A stretch of 64,000 nucleotides of DNA, taken from assembly GCA_900546695.1 (NCBI GenBank), contig URDX01000001.1:96614-160613 (forward strand), read 5' to 3'. This document shows positions 36,704-45,589 of this stretch, piece by piece. A program made the translations under genes and the position numbers. The notes under the pieces are model-generated. The model searched no databases, was not told the DNA's origin, and saw nothing but the letters and a program-made list of their open reading frames with translations. Positions within the stretch are counted from its first letter, which is position 1. Every line of letters begins with the position of its first letter. This stretch comes from an uncultured Eubacteriales bacterium. GTDB lineage: Bacteria > Bacillota > Clostridia > Oscillospirales > CAG-272.

Positions 36704-37450
36704 TTATCGGTCGTTCGGCAGCATATAGCCGACACCTCTCACGGTCTCGACAAGCGGCGAGCCGAAGGTCGCTTTCAGCTTTCGGCGCAGCAGAGTGATA
36801 TACACCTCGCACAGATTTGTCCGTTCGGCGGTCTTGCCGCTCTGCAATGCTGTGTCGATTTTTTCCTTCGGCGCTGAGTCTATCCCGCCCCGCAGTGCCG
36901 CATCTATCTCGGCGCGCGAGACCGCATGACCCTGAGCCTTGTACAGCAGCGCGAACACCTGTGCTTCATGCGGCGACAGTCTGCATTCGCGATTGCCGAG
37001 CCGCAGAATGCGTGATGCGCTCTCGAACTGCAGCCGCTCCGCTTTTCCTCCCGCCGCGCGACGGACTATTACGCGCAGTCGTGCCATGCTCATCGGGCGG
37101 TGCAGATATGTGATGCCGTCCCTTTCACCGTCTGTCACAGTGCGTGCAAAGACCGTAAGTCTGCCGCAGCGTGTCGATAGGGCGGTAAGCTGCTCGGGCG
37201 TGAGTGCATCGCCGTCTGCGAGTACGAGCTCCGCCGCGCCGCTTATGCTGTCAATGTGTTTTTCGCTGCACGTGCCGCTTGCGTTGCCTGTGTTGCCTGT
37301 GCCGCTTGTATCGTCTGCGCTGTTTGTACCGACTGCGCCGCGGGGCAGCTGCTCGGTTCCGAGCAGCTCTGCGATGCAGTCGGCGGCTTCGAGCTCGACG
37401 CACAGCATGCGTCCGTACACTGCGTCGTCTGTAATTACGGAAACCTTCAT
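36704..37450 (-). CDS. OmpR-type winged-helix DNA-binding protein with a divergent receiver-like N-terminal domain
   Basis: C-terminal Trans_reg_C pattern: LSPHEAQVFALLYKAQGHAVSRAEI...NLCEVYITLLRRKLKATFGSPLVETVRGVGYML. The N-terminus (MKVSVITDD..LVLADGD..HRPMS) resembles a receiver domain but is interrupted by a low-complexity insert (GTNSADDTSGTGNTGNASGT). No histidine kinase gene is adjacent. Confidence 0.7.
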   Translation of the reverse strand: MKVSVITDDAVYGRMLCVELEAADCIAELLGTEQLPRGAVGTNSADDTSGTGNTGNASGTCSEKHIDSISGAAELVLADGDALTPEQLTALSTRCGRLTVFARTVTDGERDGITYLHRPMSMARLRVIVRRAAGGKAERLQFESASRILRLGNRECRLSPHEAQVFALLYKAQGHAVSRAEIDAALRGGIDSAPKEKIDTALQSGKTAERTNLCEVYITLLRRKLKATFGSPLVETVRGVGYMLPNDR

Positions 37451-37498
37451 ATTTTTACCCGTTATTTAACCGCTTTTTTTACCGTTTTTCCCGTGCGT

Positions 37499-38698
37499 TC
37501 AGCCCGCACTCGAGATATACAGGCGGTATGTACCGGGTACGGTAAGTGCCTTATCGCAGGTAAGGGTCATCATCTTCTGCTTGTTCAGCACTATACCGTC
37601 GCGAACGACCGAGATTATCTCCGCCTCGTTGCTGTCGGGCGGGTAGAACTTAATGACGTACGTACAGCTGCTGCCGTCCTCTCCTTCAATGAACGTCTCG
37701 TTATAGCGGAACGTGACCTTTGTCACGCCGCCATCGTTTGTCAGCACGTAATCGAAGAAGAACAGGTCGCATTTCAGTCCGCCCGGGGCGGTGAAATACG
37801 GCGCGCCGTCGCTGCCTATATCATATTCAAAGGTGATATTAAGGCATCCGCAGCGTCTGCAGGTTATGCCGTCGGGCGAGTCATGACCGAGCGGTTCGTT
37901 TGTCAGCATCCCGCAGTTCTTGCAGCGTGAGGGAGAGGTGCAGGTCGGAGCGGCAACGTCATGATCAAGCGAAGGAATCGTCTCGGTCTTCTTGATATCG
38001 CCGCAATTCTTGCACACCTCGGTCTCATATCCGGGGTCGATACATGTCGGCTTTATAGTCTCACCCGGGGCGTAGTTGTGACCCGTTGCGAGTATCTTTT
38101 CCTCGGTTTTCTTGCCGCATACCGAACAGGTCAGTGTCTTTATGCCGTCTGCCGTGCAGGTGGGCTCAAGCGTGACCGACTCCTCGTATTTATGCTCATT
38201 CGTCTTAGGTACGACAATGCGCTCGGTTTTGCCGCATATGCTGCATACCTTCGTACCCTCGCCCTCGGTCTTGCACGTTGCCTCCCGCGTCAGCGTTTCG
38301 GTGTAAACATGCTTGTTTGAAACGGGAATTGCATCCTCGACCGTCTCGCCGCAGCGCTCGCATGTGTAGCGGCGCAGCCCCTCATCCTTACACGTAGGCT
38401 CGGTCACCGTCTGAACGGTGCCTATCTTAGGCGAATGACCCTTTGCGTCGATGGGCTCAAGCTTGGTCTCGCGGCATTTTCTGCACTTCAGGACCTTGAC
38501 CCCGTTCTCGGTACATGTCGGCTCGGTCTGCGTGACGCCGTTATCCCATACATGGTCGCAGCTGCGCAGCGACAGCGGGATGGCGATGGCGGCGGTCAGC
38601 ACTATCACCCCTCCGATAACGCCGAAGGTGACGTTTCGTTTGACGGTGTTTGCGGTGATGAATTCCTTTATCCGTCCGGGTAGCTCTTTTAAATTCAT
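37499..38698 (-). CDS. Membrane-anchored protein with 6-7 tandem Cys-rich ~35-aa modules plus a C-terminal beta-rich domain
   Basis: N-terminal TM segment (FGVIGGVIVLTAAIAIPL). Then repeats of the form [EA]PTC[TK]xxGxxxxxCxxCG...(x8-12)..H: TEPTCTENGVKVLKCRKCRE, TEPTCKDEGLRRYTCERCGE, EATCKTEGEGTKVCSICGK, EPTCTADGIKTLTCSVCGK, KPTCIDPGYETEVCKNCGD, APTCTSPSRCKNCGM. Confidence 0.7.
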   Translation of the reverse strand: MNLKELPGRIKEFITANTVKRNVTFGVIGGVIVLTAAIAIPLSLRSCDHVWDNGVTQTEPTCTENGVKVLKCRKCRETKLEPIDAKGHSPKIGTVQTVTEPTCKDEGLRRYTCERCGETVEDAIPVSNKHVYTETLTREATCKTEGEGTKVCSICGKTERIVVPKTNEHKYEESVTLEPTCTADGIKTLTCSVCGKKTEEKILATGHNYAPGETIKPTCIDPGYETEVCKNCGDIKKTETIPSLDHDVAAPTCTSPSRCKNCGMLTNEPLGHDSPDGITCRRCGCLNITFEYDIGSDGAPYFTAPGGLKCDLFFFDYVLTNDGGVTKVTFRYNETFIEGEDGSSCTYVIKFYPPDSNEAEIISVVRDGIVLNKQKMMTLTCDKALTVPGTYRLYISSAG

Positions 38699-38768
38699 AT
38701 TTAACCTTTCTGTCCCGCGCGCGTCTGTCTGCGCCGTCGCTCGGCGGAGGCGTGTGCGCGGGCATCGG

Positions 38769-39374
38769 TCAGACGCTCAATCCCTTCGCAAGGTAGGGAG
38801 CGAGCTCCTTGATGTTTGCATTCGTCGTGTTGATGCACAGGTCGTAGTTTGCCTTGTCTCCCCAACGCATGCCCGTGTAGAACTCATAATATTTTGCTCT
38901 TCCGCGGTCGATGGTGCGGATGGTGCGCTGCATCTCCTTGACGGACATATTTTCACCGTCGTCCTCGCGCTCAAGGCAGCGGCGTACGCGCGAATCCATG
39001 TCCGCATAGATAAACATGCGCAGCGGCTCCATGTCCGCTAAAATGTAATCCGCGCAGCGCCCGATGATAACACAGGGCGACTTCTGTGCGAGCTCGCGCA
39101 GGATGGTGCACTGAGCCGCGTAGACCGACTGCAGCTGCTGAGATGCGTAGCTGTCTATATATGAGAAGCTGTTTGCGACCGTTATCGGAAAGAGGTTATG
39201 CGGCTTTGACTCCACTACTTGCTTTACATACTCGACCGAGAGAGATGTCTTGTCGGCGATTGCCTGAATTATCTCCTTGTCGTAATAGTCGTAGCCGAGC
39301 TCTTCCGCAAGGCGTCTGCCGAGCTCTCTTCCGCCGCTACCGAATTCGCGGCCTACGGTAATTATACGTTGCAT
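38769..39374 (-). CDS. Cytidylate kinase-like family protein
   Basis: MQRIITVGREFGSGGRELGRRLAEELGYDYYDKEII... has the P-loop-like GSGG and the layout of the cytidylate-kinase-like (Cytidylate_kin2) family. Confidence 0.75.
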   Translation of the reverse strand: MQRIITVGREFGSGGRELGRRLAEELGYDYYDKEIIQAIADKTSLSVEYVKQVVESKPHNLFPITVANSFSYIDSYASQQLQSVYAAQCTILRELAQKSPCVIIGRCADYILADMEPLRMFIYADMDSRVRRCLEREDDGENMSVKEMQRTIRTIDRGRAKYYEFYTGMRWGDKANYDLCINTTNANIKELAPYLAKGLSV

Positions 39375-39571
39375 AACAGTATTCCTTTCCTCGCTTTCGG
39401 CGATGCCGCAGAGCGGACAATTATGCCCCTCTGCCTACCTATATATTATCACGGCGACGGAAACTTGTCAAGAAATAAAAATATTCTTGCGTCCGGACAC
39501 AATTTATGTTATAATTGTAACAAATATTTTGTGCCGCGCGCGATGCCGCACACTGCCGTGATACGGAGGCG

Positions 39572-40234
39572 ATGACTGTGAATATAATACGTAGTGCGCG
39601 GCGGCGCAGGCTGTGTGCGCTGCTGCTTGCCGTGATAACGGCTGCGGTGCTGAGTCTGCCGGGCTTTGCTGCGCAGAAGCCGCTTCCGGGCGACAGCGTG
39701 ACCGTCGAGCTATATGGCAGCGAGCTTGGGGGAGAGGCGGTAAAGAGCATCTGCATCACGCCGCTCAGCCGCAGCGGGAAACTCAGGCTGACTTCGATAA
39801 AGGCGCACGGACCCGACGGCGCCGGCATCGTCAGCACCGACGGCGGGGTGCTCATTGCCGCGTTTTCTTCCAACACTCCGCTGCAGAGCGGGCTGCTGCT
39901 CAGCTGCGAATTTGTTGCCGACGGTCTCGGCGAGGATGAGGTGTTCTTTGACGTGCGCGCAAAGGCTGCGGGCGCCGACGGCGAGCATGATATTACGCTG
40001 ACCGAGCCCGAGGTGCGCGTGTTCCGCATCGGATGCTCTGAGGATTATGACGTGAACGGAGACGGCGCGGTCAATGCCATTGATCTTGTGCGGCTCATGC
40101 GAATAATCGGCGGCGCAATGACCGACGGCTATGCCGACATAAACGACGACGGCACGGTAGATACGCGCGATCTTGTGCGTCTGCTGCACGCGCTGGCGGT
40201 CGGTGTGGGGTTAGAGCGTAAGACTCATTCTTGA
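39572..40234 (+). CDS. Small secreted cohesin-like + type I dockerin protein
   Basis: Signal peptide RRRRLCALLLAVITAAVLSLPGFAAQ. Cohesin-like body: GDSVTVELYGS..VKSICITPL..LLLSCEFVA. The C-terminus has a duplicated Ca-binding dockerin motif, DVNGDGAVNAIDLVRLMRII ... DINDDGTVDTRDLVRLLHAL. The start is uncertain: ATG 39572 sits only 2 nt after GGAGG, while GTG 39578 has better spacing. Confidence 0.7.
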   Translation: MTVNIIRSARRRRLCALLLAVITAAVLSLPGFAAQKPLPGDSVTVELYGSELGGEAVKSICITPLSRSGKLRLTSIKAHGPDGAGIVSTDGGVLIAAFSSNTPLQSGLLLSCEFVADGLGEDEVFFDVRAKAAGADGEHDITLTEPEVRVFRIGCSEDYDVNGDGAVNAIDLVRLMRIIGGAMTDGYADINDDGTVDTRDLVRLLHALAVGVGLERKTHS

Positions 40235-40331
40235 CATGCGTAATCCGTAATGCGGGGCGGTGTTCGCGCTTGCTGCGGAGAACGGATATTCGTTTTCTTT
40301 AACCTTGCAATATTCTGGATAGGAATCTCAT

Positions 40332-41474
40332 ATGGTAATTTGGTTTGTTTCGCTTGCCGTAGCGGTGGCGGCGCTTGCTGCGGGAATCTATTATCTTGCC
40401 CGCCGTGTGCATTCTTGCCCGCCGATAGCCGCACTCTCCCGCCGCTCAAGGGTCGGCGGATGGGCGGCGAGCTTTGCGGTCGTGCTGCTTGCCGCGGTAA
40501 TACTTACGCTGCTGCTCGATACGGTCAATACGGTGACCGTTCTGCTGCATCTGATATTCTTCCTGCTCGTGTCGAGTCTTGTCGGAAGACTCATCATACG
40601 TCTGAACGGCGGCACGGCGCGCTTTCATCTGTCGGGCGTGATCGCGCTCGTCATAACCGCCGCATATCTCGCCGCAGGCGCGGTGTCTGCGTATAACGTT
40701 CAGCGCACCGCATATTCTGTCAGCACGCATAAGGAGGTCGGCTCGCTGCGGGTTGCTATGTTTGCGGATTCGCACGTCGGTACAACCTTCGGCGGTAAGG
40801 GCTTTGCAAAGCGCATGGAGGAGCTTCAGGCGCAGCAGCCCGACATCATTCTGATAGTCGGCGATTTTGTCGACGAGAGCACGACACGGGAGAATATGGT
40901 CGAAGCCTGCCGCGCGCTCGGCAAGCTTGAAGTGCCGTACGGCGTGTGGTTCGTATTCGGGAATCACGACAAGGGGCTGTACGGGACATCGCGCGGCTAC
41001 GACGGAGACGACCTTGTCCGCGAGCTCGAAGCAAACGGCGTGCATGTTCTTCAGGATGAAAGCGTACTTATCGACGACCGTTTTTATCTCGTCGGCAGAA
41101 AGGATGCATCCGAGCAGGAGGAGTCGCGCGGCGGACGTGCGGATATCTCCGACCTGACGGCATCGCTCGATCCCGATAAATATTCGATAGTGCTCGATCA
41201 TCAGCCGCACGATTATGCGGCGGAGGCAGAGGCGGATGCCGATCTTGTGCTTTCGGGGCATACGCACGGCGGACAGCTTATTCCGCTCGGATTTTTGATG
41301 GATAAGCTGCATCTCGGCGGCACTGACAGCGTTTACGGCTATACGCGCCGCGAAAATACCGATTTTATCGTCACCTCGGGTATTTCCGACTGGGCGATAA
41401 AGTTCAAGACGGGCTGTATCTCGGAGTATGTTATTATCGACATCACAGGTTCGGATGCAGCAGCGGAGGAATAA
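40332..41474 (+). CDS. Membrane-bound metallophosphoesterase (YkuE-like)
   Basis: Three or four N-terminal TM helices, then the calcineurin-like motifs MFADSHVG, IVGDFVDE, VFGNHD and LSGHTHGGQ. Confidence 0.85.
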   Translation: MVIWFVSLAVAVAALAAGIYYLARRVHSCPPIAALSRRSRVGGWAASFAVVLLAAVILTLLLDTVNTVTVLLHLIFFLLVSSLVGRLIIRLNGGTARFHLSGVIALVITAAYLAAGAVSAYNVQRTAYSVSTHKEVGSLRVAMFADSHVGTTFGGKGFAKRMEELQAQQPDIILIVGDFVDESTTRENMVEACRALGKLEVPYGVWFVFGNHDKGLYGTSRGYDGDDLVRELEANGVHVLQDESVLIDDRFYLVGRKDASEQEESRGGRADISDLTASLDPDKYSIVLDHQPHDYAAEAEADADLVLSGHTHGGQLIPLGFLMDKLHLGGTDSVYGYTRRENTDFIVTSGISDWAIKFKTGCISEYVIIDITGSDAAAEE

Positions 41475-41479
41475 AGAAA

Positions 41480-41524
41480 ACAGACACTCGAACGACTCAC
41501 GGTCGACGGGTGTCTGTCTTTTTA
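41480..41524 (+). terminator. Rho-independent terminator (possibly bidirectional, between convergent genes)
   Basis: ACAGACAC...GTGTCTGT hairpin followed by CTTTTTATATTTTTT. Confidence 0.7.
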
Positions 41525-41545
41525 TATTTTTTCGATCTGCACTTT

Positions 41546-42046
41546 TTAGTTTTTCAAATATCCTACAAGTACATGCGGCAGTCGGTTTTTCAACGCGCTG
41601 TAGAGGATAAATCCGAGTATGCCGACCGAGATTATCTCCCCCGCGCCGACGGTGCAGACGGTGAACAGGTACGCCTCGGAAACCTTATACGCAAATTTCA
41701 GCACAAGCGGCACGATTATAACATTTGAGATTATCGGCGGGAGCAGAGCGGGTATCGGGTGACGGCGGAGCAGCGCGGTGAATATCGCACCGATGAGGGT
41801 CGCGAGCGTTCCGAATATAACATCGGGCAGCGGGGAGCCGGTCAGCAGATTTGCGAGCAGACAGCCGAGCGTCACGCCCGGTATCGCCGACGGCGTGAAT
41901 ATCGGCAGCGCACAGAGTGCTTCCGATATACGCACCTGAATAACGCCTGATGCGAGCGGTGCCGCAGCGTAGGTTATCGCGGCGTAGAGCGCGGCAATGA
42001 CCGCGGCTTCGCACATCATACGTATGTTTCTTTTCGAGTCCTTCAT
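41546..42046 (-). CDS. queT: Queuosine precursor transporter QueT
   Basis: 166 aa. ..AAVIAALYAAITYAAAPLASGVIQVRISEALCALPIFTPSAIPGVTLGCLLANLL.. is the QueT family pattern. A preQ1 riboswitch lies upstream. Confidence 0.8.
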   Translation of the reverse strand: MKDSKRNIRMMCEAAVIAALYAAITYAAAPLASGVIQVRISEALCALPIFTPSAIPGVTLGCLLANLLTGSPLPDVIFGTLATLIGAIFTALLRRHPIPALLPPIISNVIIVPLVLKFAYKVSEAYLFTVCTVGAGEIISVGILGFILYSALKNRLPHVLVGYLKN

Positions 42047-42114
42047 AGAGTTCCTTTCCGACCGAGTGAATGTTTTTTATATCGTGCATTTCGGCGATGT
42101 GTCGCGCTGCAAAT

Positions 42115-42210
42115 GCGGTAAAAACAAAAAACGGATGCTACGCATCCGCCTGAAATCATTCGGTCCCGTAGTTTTGTTTAATGACAGGATGGTTACGAAC
42201 TGTCTGTTTG
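42115..42210 (-). ncRNA. preQ1-I riboswitch with intrinsic terminator (expression platform)
   Basis: Minus-strand RNA: GACAG-UUCGUAACCAUC-CUGUC-AUUAAACAAAACUAC (plus coordinates 42168-42204). Compare the Bacillus-type aptamer AGAGG-UUCUAGCUACAC-CCUCU-AUAAAAAACUAA. It is followed by the terminator CGGAUGC-GUA-GCAUCCG-UUUUUUGUUUUU (about 42120-42150). Confidence 0.8.
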
Positions 42211-42228
42211 GATTTACATCCGAGCTTG

Positions 42229-42258
42229 ATTATACACCCGCGCGGCGGACTTGTCAAT
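42229..42258 (-). promoter_or_regulatory. Sigma-A promoter for the preQ1 riboswitch-queT unit
   Basis: On the minus strand: TTGACA (42258-42253), 18-nt spacer, TATAAT (42234-42229). Confidence 0.65.
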
Positions 42259-42407
42259 ATATAATCAATCTTTTGTTAAAAGTATTGACTTGAATACCGA
42301 AGTAAAAAATGATAAACTAATTAAGTAATTTACCAAAACGAAAGGAGTCCCGCATCGGCGCGCGGTACGATGCTGCACGGCGCGGCGGTACGGGATGTGA
42401 AACCGAA

Positions 42408-43124
42408 ATGAAATCACCTATATTTATTGAAGAGCACGGAAATACGAAGATGGTCGCGCACAGAGGTCTGAGCGGGATTGAGACCGAGAACACGGCGGCG
42501 GCGTTCGTCGCAGCGGGAAACCGCGGCTACTGGGGCAGCGAGACCGACATCTACCGCACATCGGACGGTCACTTTATCTGCAGTCACGACAGCACGACGG
42601 GGCGCGTCTGCGGTGAGGATCTTACCATCGAGCAGACCGATTTCGATACGCTGCGCGCGCTCGTGCTGCACGACCATGACGGCATACGCCGCGGAGACCT
42701 CCGTCTCTGCACGCCCGAGGAATATCTCTCCATCTGCCGCTGCTACGGCATGGCATGCGTCGTTGAACTCAAGAGCGAGTTTACCGACGAAGAGATTGCG
42801 CGCATAATCGACATATTCTCCGGCTGGCTCGACAAGACGATATTCATCTCCTTCTCGGAGGCGAATCTTGACCGCGTAAAGGCGGCGCTGCCGAATCAGT
42901 GCTGCCAGTGGCTGACATGGAACTGGACCGACGAGCTTCCCGCGCACCTTGCATCAAAGGGCATCGGTCTCGATATCGCGGCAAACTGCCTCAGCGAGGA
43001 GCGCTTCAAGGCGCTGCGCGAGCACGGCGTTGAGATAAACACATGGACGGTGGACGATCCCGCAGAGGCGGCACGACTCGTATCGCTCGGTGTGGATCAG
43101 ATAACCACCAACATCCTGCGCTGA
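42408..43124 (+). CDS. Glycerophosphodiester phosphodiesterase family protein
   Basis: MVAHRGLSGIETENTAAAFVAA..GSETDI..(HD).. carries the GDPD catalytic motifs (HRG, E.D). Confidence 0.85.
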   Translation: MKSPIFIEEHGNTKMVAHRGLSGIETENTAAAFVAAGNRGYWGSETDIYRTSDGHFICSHDSTTGRVCGEDLTIEQTDFDTLRALVLHDHDGIRRGDLRLCTPEEYLSICRCYGMACVVELKSEFTDEEIARIIDIFSGWLDKTIFISFSEANLDRVKAALPNQCCQWLTWNWTDELPAHLASKGIGLDIAANCLSEERFKALREHGVEINTWTVDDPAEAARLVSLGVDQITTNILR

Positions 43125-43141
43125 GTACGGAGGTGAAGGAG

Positions 43142-43801
43142 ATGGAGAGAGCAGTGGATGAGCATGAGATCTATCGTGACATCATGCGCAGACTCTTTGT
43201 TATCAACCGCCTGCACCATGCGAGCATAGAGAGCCGCACGGAGGAGCTGAGTCTGCATCGCTCGCAGCACATGATGCTTGTGACGATAGAGTCGGCTGAC
43301 GAGGCGCTGACGCAGCGCGAGCTGTCTGAGCGGCTCGATATCAGCCCATCCGCCGTTGCAATGACGCTGCGCAGATTGCTCGTCGGCGGGTATGTTTACC
43401 GCACGCCCGACGCAAGCGACGCGCGCTGCAACAAGATATCGCTTACCGACCGCGGCAGACAGGCGCTCGCGAAAACAAAGGAGCTGTTCGATTCGGTCGA
43501 CCGAGCGGTGTTCGCGGGTTTTTCGGAGCAGCAGCTTGAGCTGCTTGCATCGCTGCTCGACCGCATGTGCTCGAATCTGCGCGGCATCGCTCCCCCGGAT
43601 GCACTTGAGCCCATGATGCCTATACCGCCCGAAGGCGACGGGCACGGCGGAAGGGTACATCGCTGCGGAAAACCGCACGGCGGCAAAACGCATGGCGGCA
43701 AAACGCATGGCGGCGAACTGCACGACACCGAGCCGCGCGACGGCGATGCGCGTGATGAAAAGGCGCATCACGGCGGCGGTGGCGACGGCTTTCACGGATG
43801 A
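43142..43801 (+). CDS. MarR family transcriptional regulator with His/Gly-rich C-terminal tail
   Basis: ATG 43142 lies behind GGAGGTGAAGGAG; the ORF-track start at 43043 overlaps the GDPD gene. wHTH: LTQRELSERLDISPSAVAMTLRRLLVGGYVYRTPDASDARCNKISLTDRG. Tail: GDGHGGRVHRCGKPHGGKTHGGKTHGGELHDTEPRDGDARDEKAHHGGGGDGFHG. Confidence 0.85.
   Translation: MERAVDEHEIYRDIMRRLFVINRLHHASIESRTEELSLHRSQHMMLVTIESADEALTQRELSERLDISPSAVAMTLRRLLVGGYVYRTPDASDARCNKISLTDRGRQALAKTKELFDSVDRAVFAGFSEQQLELLASLLDRMCSNLRGIAPPDALEPMMPIPPEGDGHGGRVHRCGKPHGGKTHGGKTHGGELHDTEPRDGDARDEKAHHGGGGDGFHG
43670..43723. repeat. In-frame 15-bp tandem repeat (about 3.5 copies) encoding K[PT]HGG
   Basis: AAACCGCACGGCGGC / AAAACGCATGGCGGC / AAAACGCATGGCGGC / GAACTGCAC. 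Confidence 0.85.
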
Positions 43802-43828
43802 CGGTCGTTCTTAGTTAAAGAGGTATTC

Positions 43829-45589
43829 ATGAAGAGATGGTGTAAATATATCCGACCTCACATAGTGTCCTTCATAGTAGGACCGCTGTGTATGATAGTA
43901 GAGGTCATCGGAGAGATTATGATGCCGTGGCTGCTGCGCGGCGTTCTGAACGCGGGCAGCGCGGGAACGCTTACCGTCGGCGGCTGCATAGGCTATATGG
44001 CGGCGATGATACTCACCGCGCTGTGCATGATGGCAGGCGGCGTCGGCGGTGCTTATTTCGGCACAAAAGCGTCGGTCGGCTTTGCGTCCGATCTGCGGCT
44101 CGACCTGTACGAAAAGGTTCAGAGCTATTCGTTCGCGAATATCGACCGCTTTTCCTCGGGCTCGCTTGTCACACGTCTGACAAACGACGTAACGCAGCTG
44201 CAGAACTTCATCAACATGCTGCTGCGCATGTGTCTGCGCGCCCCCGGAATGATGATAGGCGCGCTGATAATGGCGGTGGCGCTGCGCCCCGACCTTTCGC
44301 TTGTCTTCTGCGTGTCGATACCCGTGCTGTTTATTGCGATACTGTTTATCGTCCGCCGCGGCTTCCCGCGCTTTAAGGTCGTTCAGGAGCGCATAGACGC
44401 GCTCAACTCCACCGTTGAGGAGAGCGTAACGAATGTCCGCGTCGTAAAGAGCTTTGTCCGTGAGGACCACGAGGAGGAGAAATTCCGCGGTGCAAACGGT
44501 GCTCTCCGCCGCGCGGGCATGGCAGCCTACAAGATAATGATAGGCATTCAGCCCGTCATGACGATATGCATGAACCTGACCACCGTCGCCGTTCTCTGGA
44601 TAGGCGGACGCATCGTTATGCGCGAGGCGGGCACGGTCGGCGGAATGCAGGTCGGCGATCTCTCGTCGTTCGTCACGTACGTTACGCAGATACTCTCGTC
44701 GCTTATGATGGTGACGATGATGTTCATGATGTCGTCGCGTGCGATGGCATCGGCACGCCGTATATCCGAGGTACTTGATGAACTCCCCGATATTACGGAC
44801 GAGTCCGCCGCATATCCCGAGCTGCGCGTAGAGCGCGGTGATGTCGAATTCCGCGATGTCAGCTTCCGTTATTACAAGGGCAGCTCCGCGGATGTGCTTT
44901 CACATATCAATCTGCGCATCAAGGCAGGCTCGACCGTCGGTATCATCGGCTCGACGGGCTGCGGCAAAACAACGCTTGTGTCGCTTATTCCGCGTCTCTA
45001 CGACGCTGACGGCGGCGAGGTGCTTATCGACGGTGTGAATGTCCGCGATTATTCGCTGTACCATCTGCGCGAGGGTGTAGGAATGGTGCTGCAGAAGAAC
45101 GTTCTTTTCTCGGGTACCATTGCGGAAAATCTGCGCTGGGGAGATGCCGATGCCTCCGATGAGGAGATGCTTAAAGCATCGCGCGCCGCCGAGGCGGATA
45201 AGTTCGTTTCCTCCTTCCCCGAGGGCTATGACACGGTGCTCGGTCAGGGCGGTGCTAATGTCTCGGGCGGTCAGAAGCAGCGTCTCTGCATAGCACGCGC
45301 GCTGCTTAAAAAGCCTAAGATACTTATCCTCGACGACTCGACGAGCGCGGTCGATACCGCGACAGAGGCGCGGATAAGAGAAGCTTTTGCAACCTCGCTT
45401 GCGGGCACAACTAAGATTATTATCGCCCAGCGTATCAGCTCGGTGCGCGAGTGTGATAACATCATCGTATTCGGCGACGGCGAGATAGTCGGAGAGGGTA
45501 CGCATGATGAGCTTATGAGCAGCTGTGAGGACTACCGCGACATCGTTCGCTCGCAGTCCGGCAGCGCTGAAAAGGAGGCGAGAGCATGA
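43829..45589 (+). CDS. ABC transporter permease/ATP-binding protein (exporter half-transporter 1)
   Basis: 586 aa. Six-TM exporter domain plus an NBD with Walker A GSTGCGKTT, signature VSGGQKQR and Walker B ILILDDSTSAVD. Confidence 0.9.
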   Translation: MKRWCKYIRPHIVSFIVGPLCMIVEVIGEIMMPWLLRGVLNAGSAGTLTVGGCIGYMAAMILTALCMMAGGVGGAYFGTKASVGFASDLRLDLYEKVQSYSFANIDRFSSGSLVTRLTNDVTQLQNFINMLLRMCLRAPGMMIGALIMAVALRPDLSLVFCVSIPVLFIAILFIVRRGFPRFKVVQERIDALNSTVEESVTNVRVVKSFVREDHEEEKFRGANGALRRAGMAAYKIMIGIQPVMTICMNLTTVAVLWIGGRIVMREAGTVGGMQVGDLSSFVTYVTQILSSLMMVTMMFMMSSRAMASARRISEVLDELPDITDESAAYPELRVERGDVEFRDVSFRYYKGSSADVLSHINLRIKAGSTVGIIGSTGCGKTTLVSLIPRLYDADGGEVLIDGVNVRDYSLYHLREGVGMVLQKNVLFSGTIAENLRWGDADASDEEMLKASRAAEADKFVSSFPEGYDTVLGQGGANVSGGQKQRLCIARALLKKPKILILDDSTSAVDTATEARIREAFATSLAGTTKIIIAQRISSVRECDNIIVFGDGEIVGEGTHDELMSSCEDYRDIVRSQSGSAEKEARA

